NCBI GenBank assembly: GCA_032718475.1
Contig: JAUCBJ010005321.1
Span: 50,686-114,685, forward strand
Length of the DNA: 64,000 nucleotides
Direction: 5' to 3'
From: Nemertoderma westbladi
Lineage: Eukaryota > Animalia > Xenacoelomorpha
In this document: positions 42,039 through 54,419 of the stretch, one piece after another
Layout: each line of letters starts with the position of its first letter
Numbering within the stretch: the first letter of the stretch is position 1
The notes under the pieces: generated by a model
Seen by the model: the letters and a program-made list of their open reading frames with translations, nothing else
Told to the model about the DNA's origin: nothing
Databases searched by the model: none
Program-made: the position numbers and the translations under genes

Positions 42039-43252
42039 TGTTCGCGCTTTCAGACCTTTGGCAGTTTAACCCGCCAAATTAGAATGTCTTCTAGATAATA
42101 AATCTGCTTTTTAGTCTATGACAAGTATTTGATTCACTACACTAGTCGAAACCAATCCGTGCGCGACCATTCACCCGCTGGAAATTCCCGGGAGATTGGG
42201 TTCGACGGTTTAATTTGTATTGCTATGTAAGCCTAATGTATTATTCGACTGACAGTATTATATAATCTCTGACAATATTATTCACCTTCGGTAATATTAA
42301 CAGTTCCTTTAGGACGTGGCGCTTTATCTACATAAACAGAGTTATGACTTAAACTACTCGCAACGATATGGCTTAATTATAATCCACATATATGGCGCAT
42401 TCTTTAGGAATTGCTTCTTTAACAGACTCACTCATACACTATGCTGCACAATACTGCACACTAATCTGCCAATCTTCACTGATTTTAGTCACATATAAAA
42501 GGAACACAGGCTGACTCATGTAGGGTCTATCAAATAACATTAGATTCACTTCAAACCACTTTAACATAAGTCACAATCGTTATTGGTAACCTTTCTCTCT
42601 TACCTTAGGTATATCAAGAATATTGGGTTGCGGGGTTATTTATCGTTATTCCAAATATAATTATTCATCAACCATATTATGAAGAACTGACAGCAAATAG
42701 CAGTATAAAACAACAAGTCAGTACCGGTATGTACTGCACATAGGCATGAGATATTCAAGTAGTCAGTTGCAGTTAAAGGATATATGCCCTTTATAATTAA
42801 ACCTACTAGTGTACGACTAAAAAGCAGTACAGCACAAAAATACTTCCAAGCCGTTCTTTCTTTGGCTCAAGACTGAATGTAAGCACTGCACATAGGCATT
42901 GCGTCATTTCTCGGAAATTCTCTGTACAAGGAGCCACAAAAACGCTCTCATTGGCTGACTGAACTGAGAGACGCCGTAGAACAAAGGAAATCAACACGTA
43001 TGAATGTCAGCTGTTAACCGTAGTCATAGTAACTACTGTTCAAGAGTAGCTATCACCCTTTTGCGTCACGAATTGCCATAGAATCATAAAATATGCCTTT
43101 CACAGTACACATACGGAGGAAATAGGTCTTAGATCCTCTAAAAACATAGATACAGCAATAATACGGTCTCTTACACTTATTAAATCAACTACGGAGTATT
43201 TTAATGTAAAAGATAATAAAAATAACGGGGCAATTCAGCAAAGGCTTTTACA
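42039..43252 (-). repeat. 3' LTR of element A (1214 bp)
   Basis: Sense strand TGTAAAAGCC...AAAGCGCGAACA. 42039-~42823 is essentially identical to 52603-~53352 apart from a 35-bp indel. Confidence 0.95.
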
Positions 43253-43262
43253 CCGCTCCCAG
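43253..43262 (-). other. Polypurine tract of element A
   Basis: Minus strand GGGAGCGG immediately precedes TGTAAAAG of the 3' LTR. Confidence 0.75.
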
Positions 43263-45429
43263 AAAATGGGATTTTCAGTCTATAAAATATAAAAATCACA
43301 GTTTCTAAAACACAAAGATACTCTAAACAGTTAGTCTTTCTTACGCAGACGGCGTTTACGCAGTTTTTTGAGGCTAGCAAGAGTCTTTTTCTCTTTGGGG
43401 GGAGCCACTTTACTAGGAGGGCCATAACTCCTGGGTGAAGGGTGCAATATGATTGCATCAGAAGGTGTAGGATTGTGGTCGAGGTATCTGCCGTTTCGAT
43501 ATGCTTCTCCTCGAGCTGATTTTCCTCCGCTCGTAGCTGGATACGTTCATCCAAAAACTCTCGCAGAAAATAGGATCGTCCAAGTTCGATAACTTCTTAG
43601 AGATTCTGGATTTCCCAAACGAATTGAGATAAGGCCAATTCGTGTATCGATTGGACTCACTGTGATAACTTACGTTTATCTGAACAAGCGCAGGTTTCCC
43701 TTTTGATCTTTATAAAATAGCGTTTAACTCGTTTCGTACAACGCTCTCCTTCACCTTGATGAGGGGTTGTATCGCGTTAAGCGTGGACGACCATACGGTT
43801 GGATAGTGATATTAGGTGTCCGCGTCACAATCCGGCTAGGTAAGATGGGCGGCTAGCTAGAAATCACTGTCGGAGTGTTACCGATTAATTGTTAGGGTAG
43901 CACTAGATCTTTGAACAGTGAATACAGTCCGCGAGGATCCGCGACACCACCAAGATCGCAGGTCTGAGGTCCAACTAAGGAATGAGGAGGTTTGACCGAG
44001 TATTCCGGGACTCTGATCGTAGGTTTACTCCAGGATCGTTCGAGCCGAGTGAGCATAGGTGATACGTCAACAAGTTTCGGTTTACGTGGATGTTTACGTC
44101 TTTCCGTTTATTAGTTGGGTCTAGGGCATTTATCGTAATAATACCAAAGACGCACGTCTGGTAGGGTAAACGCGGGTGATATTTATTTGTTGTTACAATG
44201 CTTCTATCAAGAATTCCAAATATACGTTGGAGTTACCGCGTCCATTTGTTTCTTAAGTGTCTTTTCTTTCGAGTCGATTTCGAATATAATTTTCGCATTA
44301 GAATTTCCGTTTATGGTTCCGACTCCGCTGGGCAGGATATATAGTCGACATAGTCCGTATTGTGTAAATCGATAGGATGACCAGTAGTTAAGAAGCCCAT
44401 ATACATACCATTACGCCGCGTATATCGAGCAGCGAATTTTCTATAGTCCAACTCAGGCGAGCTGCTCTTGGGACATTGGCGGTTCGATATAACGCCCATC
44501 GTCCTCCGCAGCAGTTGGACTAACGTCGCCGCGTATTAAGCTATCAACGAACGCTTGTAAAGTAGAGTATATCGCTCCCCGATACCAAGAACATCTGCTA
44601 TCAACTCCATCATGTCTGCTATATATGAGTTTATCCACATTATAAGGAGTTTATATTCAGGCTAGCGAGCGTCGCTGCCTACTCCAATTAACCCCCGGAC
44701 AGTACGAGATCCTCAGCGCCGATGTGTCGTCGCCGCTGTACTTTCGCCAACGACGTAGCCGCACAACGACAACGACAACCGACACAAGTCACTCGACTGT
44801 CCGTCCCAAAGACTTAGATGTACTTCAGGTTTTCCTTGGAGAGTTAGGTTACTTTTACGATTGCGACTAGCTACTGTAAACACACCTTAGTAGTAACATT
44901 CGCCTATAAACTCACAAGTACCACACACACAACTGGTCACAAATTACACACACTCGGGTCACTTGTCCGTTAGTCAATGCCTTCCAGAATGTCACTGTAT
45001 TATTATGTATCCTTGGATACTATCAGTGCACTATTTATTCCCTATGCTATTCAATGGGACAAGCTTTCTATTGTTCTTTTAACTCAATTCTAATTCTAGC
45101 GTGGTTGTTGCTATGGTGACATTATGCAAAGCTAGCGGTAGAATTAGGGTGATTCCAATGCATACAGATCTGGGATGTTATTTAATAGTAATTCTTTAAT
45201 AGTCAATGTTCTGTTTTATACATGACTTTATGAATTTTATCGGCTATTGACTATGTTTGGGAGACTTTCACACACTCATACGCATGATAAGATAAATCTC
45301 CGCTCCCTTGATCTATTAATTAATGGAATTTTGGGAACTTTATAAATTGCGTAAAAATGGCAATTTATTAAATTCATTAAAGGCATGAATTTAAATTGAT
45401 TCCCTGAAATTTTATTATTTGATAATTAA

Positions 45430-45755
45430 ATGGACATATTTGGATTCCAGAACATGTCTGGGGACACAAGATCCTTAATTCTATGACAATTGTCTTTTTA
45501 AGAATATCGGTAAATACTACGATATCTTAATTGACTAGAATTATTGAAGGATCTGAATTTTACAGATTTTGATTTATTAGATTTTGCAAATATTAATTAA
45601 TTAATATTCGAGATGGGCACCGATTTATTCCAGAACTTGTCTGGGGACGTTAACCACTGATTCTAGAATTTGTCTTTCAAGTATATCGGTGGGTGCCGCG
45701 ATATCTTAATCGACTAGAATTACAGATGGTCAAAGGGTTTAACAGATTTATTTTG
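45430..45755. repeat. Diverged ~183-bp direct repeat (2 copies) in the 3' non-coding region of element A
   Basis: TTCCAGAAC(A/T)TGTCTGGGGAC...GATATCTTAAT(T/C)GACTAGAATTT at ~45445 and ~45628. Confidence 0.8.
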
Positions 45756-46271
45756 CGTTATACGCTACTGTTAAAGGGACATCACGCTACTATATGTATT
45801 ATTTAATATACGGTATGAGAGCAATATCGCACGAAGCAATGTCAGTGTGAAGAGGCAAGTCGTTTCCAAGGTCTACCCAGAGCTTGGTTTAGCCGAGACA
45901 CGAGGATCTGAACTTTGCATTCCTAATACTCTGCCTACCAATAATACTTAAATATAGTAGTGGCTTTATTGTACTTTAATAAGTACGGACATTTCATCTT
46001 ACTGTAGTTACGTATTTGTAATGTAATACGGACAGTAAGGAAGAAGGAAAAGAATTATTTCTTGCCGTCGCATTAAATATAATATATACGTAATTAAGTA
46101 ATAAACGCGAATATATATTGCACTAATCTACTAAATAATCGCTAAAATAACATTCTACTGAATAAAATTAAAGAAAACGATTATAATAGAATTACATAGT
46201 AATACATACATAAATATAAAAATAATAAAATAATACAAAATAATAGAGTCACACACCCACTCCATATGTTG

Positions 46272-49200
46272 TTACGTTATGGAGTCCCTAGATGTTTGAA
46301 GGATTAGGGAGGTGGTCGTGGGAAGAGAATCTTGTCTTCCACAGTTTCCGGAGAGTCCTCCATTCCCTTCCGATAAACACAAACGACCGACTGGGTGATT
46401 GAGTCGCTGCATCCTGAATACAATTCCAGGTTTCCTCTTCGTCCTGGAATAGTGACGATAGAAACATCGCTCAAAGTATATGACGGCGTCACAAAGCCGA
46501 TTCCAGGAGCTATAGTGGTCCGTCGCTCTCTGCAGGAGAGGTGAGAGTCCCTGCGAGACGTCTGATGTTCCAGAGCTCCAATCGCTCTCTCTGATCTTCA
46601 TGAAGGATCCACTCGCGGAGGGGAGGCCCAGATCCACGGCGTCGTCCCTGGCAACATGTAATACCGACAGATCTATCCCGGGTTCAAATAACTCCGATCC
46701 ACCCGTCCGGGTTTCAGGTTCGACTTTCTCCGCTCCCTTGGCTGGTCTAATCTCAGTCGGAGTAAGATGGGGAGGCCATTCATTCTCCTTACTCAGGAAG
46801 TCGGGTTCACCTAACCGGTCTATAGTATCTGTCAGTTCTTGAGGAGTTGCTCCTCTGGAAGCGATGTCCGTTGGATTAAACTTCTTGGGGCAATATCTCC
46901 ATTGATCTACATTGGAGCTAAGATTGTCATTATCTGAGGAGTGTGGTGTTCCCTCAGTTGGGTCGTCTCCCTCACTAGTATCGTCTTCCCATTCACTCAC
47001 CTGGCAGACACGATCTTGAAGCAGTCTTTCCCTGAGCGTTCTACGGGAAGGTCCAGTAAGGTACCAACCTACTCTAGTTCTTACCGCATAGGTCTGTAGT
47101 GGCTGCGGTTGAGCAGGTCGTTTCTCTAATGTCTCCAGCGCCTCATGCGCGTTTTGGCCGATGAGTATTTGCACTCCAGGATAATCAGTCTGGAATCGAG
47201 GTATGTTAAGATGTTGTATGCTCTCATCCTCGTCCCAATTATAAAGGTCTGCTTGAGTAGTAGCGAAGTTCTTTATAGCCACCATTTTCACTGACCTTAT
47301 GCTGTGTTCTCCTAGTTCGTCTTGTGGGGTGGACAACGCGCCTACATAATAATCAGCAGCTGTTATTGTAGATTTCCAAACTTGCATAATGCCAGACATG
47401 TTGAGCTTAGTTTGGAACTTGGGCTGTCCAGCAAATATATCTTCGGCTAGCTCTTTATCGATGAATGTTCCTGTGCTGCCGGAGTCCAGGAGGGCGTTCA
47501 CTACATAACTCCGTTTAGGTCCGTGCACCCTTACCTGCACCACAGGAAACTCTCGGATCCCTATATTGGAAGTTGGCGCTTTCCAAGATGGTTGTTGATC
47601 GGAAGTAGTTAAGGTAAGGTCGCCGTCTGTGTCTTTCTCATACACGAGTGCTCGATACACTGCGGTGGTGTTTATTAGGTAACAGGATTCGTTTTGGTCG
47701 GAGAACTCGTCCGTATAGAATCCTTCCATCTCAGATTGATCAGTGTCGTTCACATCACTGAATTGGACATGTGGTTCGGACTCACTTACCTGACTCGGGC
47801 TGTTTCGTTCGAATTCCGTGTGCAACAAGATATGATGTTTTGCGCCGCACTTTGCACACCTTGCGTCGGAGTTACAGGTTCGCCGTTGGTGTCCTCGTCT
47901 GAGGCAATTATAACACAACCGCTTATCCCACATGACTTCACGTCTATCCTCGAGTGATTTCCTCAGGAATTTATCACACGCATTTAAACGGTGGGGCCCG
48001 TCGCACAGCACACATTTCGGCTTGATGTTACTTACTTTAACCTGTGCTATGTGGTGCACACTTGTTCTTTCCTCGGGCTTTCTCACCTGAATTCCTTTAG
48101 GAGACGTAGGAGGGGTTTTTTGTATCGGTTCCCTTCTGTCATTGGGTCGAGACTTGGATTTACTTACCTGTTCTTTAGGCATTTTATTGACATAATAAGG
48201 TCTGTCAGTGTCTTTCCCGCTGTCCTCTCCTTGAGAGGTTTGGCTTTCACCGTCGTCGGTATAACATACTGGTGTTACCCTTCTCCTAGAAACGGGTTTC
48301 TCACTTACCTTGTTTTCCAATGTCTTCTCTCTGGACTGCCTTAGGAGCTGTAATTTCACTTCTCTATCTAAGAATGACATGAGATCAGTCATGGTAGGGT
48401 CTCGTCGTTGTTGTTCCATCATATATAACACCTTCTTATCCCAGCGTGTACCTACTCCACCCTTGGGCAAAGTAGATGCTAAGGCTCCTACAACCATAGA
48501 ATTCTGGTATTCATGAGACTTACCTAACCAATCTAGTTGTCTACAGATCTCCTGAATCTCATCGGAAAACTCTATAATCCCGCTGCTAAGAAACTTTCGG
48601 GGCGCCATTAATTTCGCATATAAATACCTAGCTATGTTAGTCCTATTACCATACCTGATGTTTAGTGTATCCCAAACTTGTCTTAATCCATCTGGATGTC
48701 CAATAAATTTTAACGCCATTGACTTGGGAGATCCTTCCAAGCACTCGATGAGGTATCTAAGTTTTTCTCCATTAGATAGTACAGAGTTCTGTATGTTATC
48801 TTTGTAATATTCATTAAAAGGTAACCATTTCATCTCATCTCCATTGAACTTGACGATCTCTCCAACCTTTACCGCTTGCCGGGCTTCGGTTCTAGCCATT
48901 TGACGCGTAAAACTTTCTTGGGCCATTGTGCTATTTAATATCGAGTTATCGGTATATAAATTTCTCGGATTATGATCAGTTCTATAGGGAATATCATTAT
49001 CAACAGGTCTATAATTACCCTTAATAGGGTTCACTATAGGAGTTTCTACTTCGCTAGCAGTATATATGCGTGTAGGCTCCACACCTTGCGCATGCAATAC
49101 TTCAGACCTAACAGGTTGACACATTGTTACAGAGGGTGGTGGTATACCCTTTTGTAAACTTACTAATTTATCGCGCTCTAGCGCGATATTTTGCTGCACT

Positions 49201-50402
49201 TCTTGCAACTCCAACTTGCTTTCCCTCACTGTTCCCTTTAAATGTTGGACAGTCCCTTCCAACTCTCGGACCTGTTGGGAGGAGCGTATCCGATTCTCCT
49301 TCATCTCTCCGAGGAGAATATCCATCCCCCGCCGTCTCTCGTCTACCCAATCAACCGCCGAAACGGGATCCGCCAACGTCGTAGCGGGCAGACAAGGGAC
49401 AACGGGCGACAAATTCGGAATATTTCGCTCGGGGTCCAGGACCTGAACTGTCTCTCGGGCAGTCCTACGGGGCACAGGTAGCTTAGTGCTATGTAGAGGG
49501 AATTTATAGGTAGCTTCAGGGAGCACAGATGTATCTATTACCGTAGGGGTGATTTCAAGAACAGGCCTACTTATTTCAGGCTCATCCACTATAGTAGGGA
49601 GTCTTTCTATTTTAATTATTTGGTCTGTGGGCTCTGTACTACCTAAGTTGGTGTTATTTAGTTGCCTTCTAACAGCTGGAGGCAAATCAGGCAATTTCTG
49701 ACGGTGGAATGTTCTTTTACGTCTGCTTAGACGAGATCTATTTCCTTTGCCTTCAGTATCGGTGGTATCGCCTTCCTCCGATGATGTATATCCCTGTCTT
49801 TTGGGAGTAGATCGACTCATCATCTGCATATTACTAGCTGTTAACTGTTTATTGAAGTTGTCTTGCCTCTCTTGAAGATTTTCCAACTCTAGTTGGGTTG
49901 CCTCTTCAGATGCTCTCCGTTCTGCTTCCGCCACCGCTGCCGCTTTTACCTCTGCCGCTGCCGCTTTTGCCTCTGCCTTTGCTTCTGCTGCTGCTTTTGT
50001 TGCCTTTGCCTCTGCTTCTGCTGCTGCCGCTTTTGCCTCTGCCGCTGCTTCTGCCAAGGTCGCTTTTCTTTCCGCCTCTGCCACTGCTGCTATCTTTCTG
50101 TCTTCTATACGTTTTTTCTTTACTTGTTCTTCTTGTTCTCTAGCGATGCGGAGTTGTTCATCGAATTTAGCTTGGTTCGCCGCTAACCTATCCACATCAA
50201 TCGCATCTAACACGAGTTTGGCTCCTTCGCTATTAGGGCTAAGTCCCTCTAGCCTTCTCCTCAACTCTTCATCTCCCAAAAAACGCTGATAGTCTGACAG
50301 ATAGATGTCAATGGCATCCCTCTTATGCGGTTTCTCTGCTGTCACTTCACTCTCGGTTGTATCTAGTAGACTGTCTGACAGGTTCTGCTTTGCGTCAGAC
50401 AT
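46272..50402 (-). CDS. gag: Bel/Pao Gag-aspartic protease polyprotein (1376 aa), pol internally deleted
   Basis: Ala/Glu/Lys coiled coil; DUF1759-like KFNGDEMKW...SNGEKLRYLIECLEG; three Cys/His motifs (CVLCDGPHRLNAC, CYNCLRRGHQRRTC, CAKCGAKHHILLH); protease ALLDSGS...ILIG. These run directly into WRYCPKKFNPTDIASRG (Pao RNase H/peptidase A17 end) and YSSWNRL. No YxDD RT motif and no DDE integrase core. Confidence 0.93.
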   Translation of the reverse strand: MSDAKQNLSDSLLDTTESEVTAEKPHKRDAIDIYLSDYQRFLGDEELRRRLEGLSPNSEGAKLVLDAIDVDRLAANQAKFDEQLRIAREQEEQVKKKRIEDRKIAAVAEAERKATLAEAAAEAKAAAAEAEAKATKAAAEAKAEAKAAAAEVKAAAVAEAERRASEEATQLELENLQERQDNFNKQLTASNMQMMSRSTPKRQGYTSSEEGDTTDTEGKGNRSRLSRRKRTFHRQKLPDLPPAVRRQLNNTNLGSTEPTDQIIKIERLPTIVDEPEISRPVLEITPTVIDTSVLPEATYKFPLHSTKLPVPRRTARETVQVLDPERNIPNLSPVVPCLPATTLADPVSAVDWVDERRRGMDILLGEMKENRIRSSQQVRELEGTVQHLKGTVRESKLELQEVQQNIALERDKLVSLQKGIPPPSVTMCQPVRSEVLHAQGVEPTRIYTASEVETPIVNPIKGNYRPVDNDIPYRTDHNPRNLYTDNSILNSTMAQESFTRQMARTEARQAVKVGEIVKFNGDEMKWLPFNEYYKDNIQNSVLSNGEKLRYLIECLEGSPKSMALKFIGHPDGLRQVWDTLNIRYGNRTNIARYLYAKLMAPRKFLSSGIIEFSDEIQEICRQLDWLGKSHEYQNSMVVGALASTLPKGGVGTRWDKKVLYMMEQQRRDPTMTDLMSFLDREVKLQLLRQSREKTLENKVSEKPVSRRRVTPVCYTDDGESQTSQGEDSGKDTDRPYYVNKMPKEQVSKSKSRPNDRREPIQKTPPTSPKGIQVRKPEERTSVHHIAQVKVSNIKPKCVLCDGPHRLNACDKFLRKSLEDRREVMWDKRLCYNCLRRGHQRRTCNSDARCAKCGAKHHILLHTEFERNSPSQVSESEPHVQFSDVNDTDQSEMEGFYTDEFSDQNESCYLINTTAVYRALVYEKDTDGDLTLTTSDQQPSWKAPTSNIGIREFPVVQVRVHGPKRSYVVNALLDSGSTGTFIDKELAEDIFAGQPKFQTKLNMSGIMQVWKSTITAADYYVGALSTPQDELGEHSIRSVKMVAIKNFATTQADLYNWDEDESIQHLNIPRFQTDYPGVQILIGQNAHEALETLEKRPAQPQPLQTYAVRTRVGWYLTGPSRRTLRERLLQDRVCQVSEWEDDTSEGDDPTEGTPHSSDNDNLSSNVDQWRYCPKKFNPTDIASRGATPQELTDTIDRLGEPDFLSKENEWPPHLTPTEIRPAKGAEKVEPETRTGGSELFEPGIDLSVLHVARDDAVDLGLPSASGSFMKIRESDWSSGTSDVSQGLSPLLQRATDHYSSWNRLCDAVIYFERCFYRHYSRTKRKPGIVFRMQRLNHPVGRLCLSEGNGGLSGNCGRQDSLPTTTSLILQTSRDSIT

Positions 50403-51769
50403 GCTTATGTGTACAGTTGAATGTCTACTGCCGTATTACAGTCTGAGCAAGTCTAGTAACTCAGTATTAACTGCTAGCCTAGTAATTAATCACCGGTACT
50501 GCTACTTAGTGTAGCGTGATATATATAATATATTAGAATACCGGTATGCTTATAGTATATATAACTATTATTACAGACTAGGTTTATCACCGAATACCGG
50601 TATAATTTTAGCACAAATATATATAAATATATAATAGGCCTATCTGGAATACCGGTATACAAATACAGCTTACAGTCTGTAGGATATATAATTCTGAAAT
50701 AGAATTAATTACACGTACCGGTATAATTTCAGCCTAGATTTATAGGAATAAAGATAATAGGCCTATCGTAAATACCGGTATATCAATTATTTTAAAATAA
50801 TTGTATTTCTGTTACTTTAGGGTTACTTTGTTACTTTACTTACTTTATTACCGTTATTTAAGCAGTAATCCAACTTATATTGAGACCTAATGGTTGTATT
50901 GTAGGCCTACGATTTATAAATCGTTAGATTTGATTTATAATATATATATACCCGTTTTAATGGGTTTTGTCAATGTTTGAAATAAATGTTATTATTTCTG
51001 GGGTAATCACTACACAAAGCGGTGCGCTTTCAGTGAAGTGTTACGTACAGGACACTAAAACAAATAATACTAATTTACCTAAGTTACTTAATACTACAAA
51101 TTACGTACAATTCGGGTGACATTACAATCTCTAAATAAATGCAAAAATTTACAAAAACGCAAAATACGAATTTTTAGGGTAATTTTACAAGAAGTCTACA
51201 AACCAGCCTAACAAAGGGTTAGAAATCTGATTATTACAGCGGACAGGGTACTACGGTATTTGAAATAATAAGTAGTAGTAAATACACTGCGTTGTCTAGA
51301 TAGGAAAATGCCACCGCCTGACGACCTATAGCCGTATCGCTATAGGTTCTACGTTATGTATCACGGAGTGTTCCTACCTAGAAGTTAATAGAGCTAATCG
51401 AATGTGCCTATCAACCACTTTACAACACAAATATAATGCCTACAATAATTACTTCGGAAAGCACCGTACACTAAACCCTAAATTAGGTACGAGTACTTGT
51501 ATAACAAATAATCAGTAGTTAAATATACTTGAACAGCTAAAAGAACCACGGCATCTGCTGGAGTGACCGATGCACAAAATCACCAGTCTTTACCTACGCC
51601 AAGCAGCCCTTGTAGTACCGGGGTTAATTTAACTATAGCGGTATGTATAACAAACACAATTACTGTAGGAACAAACTTGGGGACTTGAATGTTGCGAATA
51701 ATCGCATAAACTCTGAATAATAAATATTACGCTACGCGTACAAACTACTCAAACAAAATACAGACCGAA

Positions 51770-52300
51770 CACTGACAGACTACTATCAAGCCTAAACAAA
51801 CTACGGTATATGCAGACTCCGAAATGATTAGGGAGTATGCGCTCTATCCCAGTAGTGCGACTTATTCTTTAGTTGGGGGTTTACCTTACAGTGTTCACTG
51901 CCCCTACTGCCTAATCGTACTTAATCGGACAGATGATCTACACATGCGGCAATCCGTTCAGACCTAATAACAGCCAGACAACTATCCAGCCTACAAATTA
52001 TTTAAATAAAATTATACGCTACCCGTACAGACTTACACAAACAAAGTACAGACTAAACGATGGCAGACTACTCTCAAGCCTAAATAAACTACAGGACATG
52101 CAGACTCCGAAATGATTAGGGAGTATGCGCTCTAACCCAGTAGTGCGACTTATTCTTTAGTTGGGGGTTTACCTTACAGTGTTCACTGCCCCTACTTCCT
52201 AACCGTACTTAATCGGACAAATGCTCTACACACACTGCAATTCGTTCGGACTTAACAGCAATCAGACAACAGCTCAGCCTACAAATTGTCTGTACAATCT
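51770..52300 (-). repeat. ~289-bp tandem duplication in the 5' leader of element A
   Basis: ATGCAGACTCCGAAATGATTAGGGAGTATGCGCTC... at ~51810 and ~52098, also present in element B. Confidence 0.9.
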
Positions 52301-52602
52301 GATCAGGTTTACACGCCTTCTGTTCAATACTGGCCTACAAACAAATAAAACTTGACAGAAATAAGTAAAATCTCAATAAAAACCAGGCGTCCCCGATTAA
52401 TTATTAAGACCTACTGGTATATAACAATCAAATCGAATAATACTAGTGTACTTATACTGCTGTAGGTACCGGTCCGGGTGGTTAGGTAGTCAGGCCTACT
52501 GGTACCGGTTCTGGCAGTTGGGCCTACTGACCTACAGATGTACCGGTTGACCGGTACTTTCGACTTTATTGCTTACTGCAATAAAGAAGCTATATCCTTT
52601 AA

Positions 52603-53755
52603 TGTTCGCGCTTTCAGACCTTTGGCAGTTTAACCCGCCAAATTAGAATGTCTTCTAGATAATAAATCTGCTTTTTAGTCTATGACAAGTATTTGATTCA
52701 CTACACTAGTCGAAACCAATCCGTGCGCGACCATTCACCCGCTGGAAATTCCCGGGAGATTGGGTTCGACGGTTTAATTTGTATTGCTATGTAAGCCTAA
52801 TGTATTATTCGACTGACAGTATTATATAATCTCTGACAATATTATTCACCTTCGGTAATATTAACAGTTCCTTTAGGACGTGGCGCTTTATCTACATAAA
52901 CAGAGTTATGACTTAAACTACTCGCAACGATATGGCTTAATTATAATCCACATATATGGCGCATTCTTTAGGAATTGCTTCTTTAACAGACTCACTCATA
53001 CACTATGCTGCACAATACTGCACACTAATCTGCCAATCTTCACTGATTTTAGTCACATATAAAAGGAACACAGGCTGACTCATGTAGGGTCTATCAAATA
53101 ACATTAGATTCACTTCAAACCACTTTAACATAAGTCACAATCGTTAGAATATTGGGTTGCGGGGTTATTTATCGTTATTCCAAATATAATTATTCATCAA
53201 CCATATTATGAAGAACTGACAGCAAATAGCAGTATAAAACAACAAGTCAGTACCGGTATGTACTGCACATAGGCATGAGATATTCAAGTAGTCAGTTGCA
53301 GTTAAAGGATATATGCCCTTTATAATTAAACCTACTAGTGTAAGACTAAAAACTAAAACACGGAGGTGCCAAAGCCGGTTCTTAGGCTCTGGACAAAAAC
53401 AATAACACTGAACTACTGAGTTTCTGTATATACCTCCAACACAGAGATAACAAACGCTCTGATTGGTCAACCTGAACAACGAGAGAACAGAGAAACAAAG
53501 AAACGTCGACGTGGCAATATCAGCTGCTAGCCGTCGTCATGGTAGCGACACTGTTTTCAAGAGTATCGTGCTTTTACGTCACGGAATTACGGATTATGTC
53601 CTCTAAAGTACAAATACAGAAGAAATAGCTCTTATGTCCGCTAAAACACCAGTACAGCAAGGACACGGCCTTTTTATGCCTGGTAAACCAACTACAGAGT
53701 ACTTTACGGGAAAAATAAGGAAAAATAACCGGACAATTCAGTAAAAGCTTTTACA
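52603..53755 (-). repeat. 5' LTR of element A (1153 bp)
   Basis: Sense strand TGTAAAAGCTTTT...AAAGCGCGAACA, a direct repeat of 42039-43252 with a diverged outer ~400 bp. Confidence 0.95.
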
Positions 53756-53843
53756 TAGCGCCCACCCCTACTTTCGGGTTGCAGATAGGAGTAGCGCCCA
53801 CCCCTACCTTCGGGTAGCAGATAGGAGTAGCGCCCACCCCTCC
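53756..53843 (+). repeat. 36-bp tandem repeat, continuation of the target site of element A
   Basis: TAGCGCCCACCCCTACCTTCGGGTAGCAGATAGGAG, ~2.4 copies. Removing element A restores the register with 41998-42038. Confidence 0.9.
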
Positions 53844-54419
53844 CTAGACCAGCGACTTTACGAATCTGCCAAGATCTATACGGATCATGCTATGTGCTTG
53901 ATTCATGTGCACTGATCATAATACATTTTAAATCTGCTACGATCATAGAATGATCATACAAAATCTTTTAAGAATTTTACATATACAAAATATTGAAAAA
54001 ATATTTATTTATGGAATGTATGGTTGCAATTTGTTAAATATCAAAACCATTTTTACATTAAACATTATAATTATTGTCTTGGAAAGTAACAACGTCATGG
54101 CTATTATATATCCTACGATCAGACTACGATCAGGATAAGATCAGGCCAGATAATGAGGCTGCCCAAATTTTAAAACACCAGAGGCAGAGGCCAATGATAA
54201 TTATTTTTTTGCCGTATTTAACCGACCAGAGTACTCTCTTTTACAGCGTTTTGCATAAGATTAACATATCATACGAAGATATTTTCAGATCTTATCATGA
54301 TCATATCACAAGGCGATACCTAATACAGGCCATGACATGGGAGGCATATGCAAAATTAGCGGAGGCCGACCTACTTACTGTACTGTCAGACTGTAGTATG
54401 GTATTACAATTACAGTAAG

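Larger units (their letters stand above)
42039..53755 (-). mobile_element. Bel/Pao LTR retrotransposon, element A (complete ends, non-autonomous, Gag-protease only)
   Basis: Two direct LTRs with TG...CA ends, a 5-bp TSD TAGCG (42034-42038 and 53756-53760), a purine-rich tract next to the 3' LTR, and a Bel/Pao-type Gag/protease ORF. Confidence 0.95.

Noticed and set aside
42316-42498. Identical 60-aa ORFs at 42316 and 52880
   Set aside because: They lie in the duplicated LTR, start at GTG and have no recognisable motif.
44453-44638. Tudor-like WYRG...FVD motif
   Set aside because: The spacing is short and the ORF is tiny, so there is too little evidence to call a domain.
46600-50514. Short plus-strand ORFs over gag A, and minus-strand ORFs over gag B (59508-63819)
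   Set aside because: Antisense shadows of the long ORFs. The Cys- and Leu-rich ones mirror the Ala-rich repeat.
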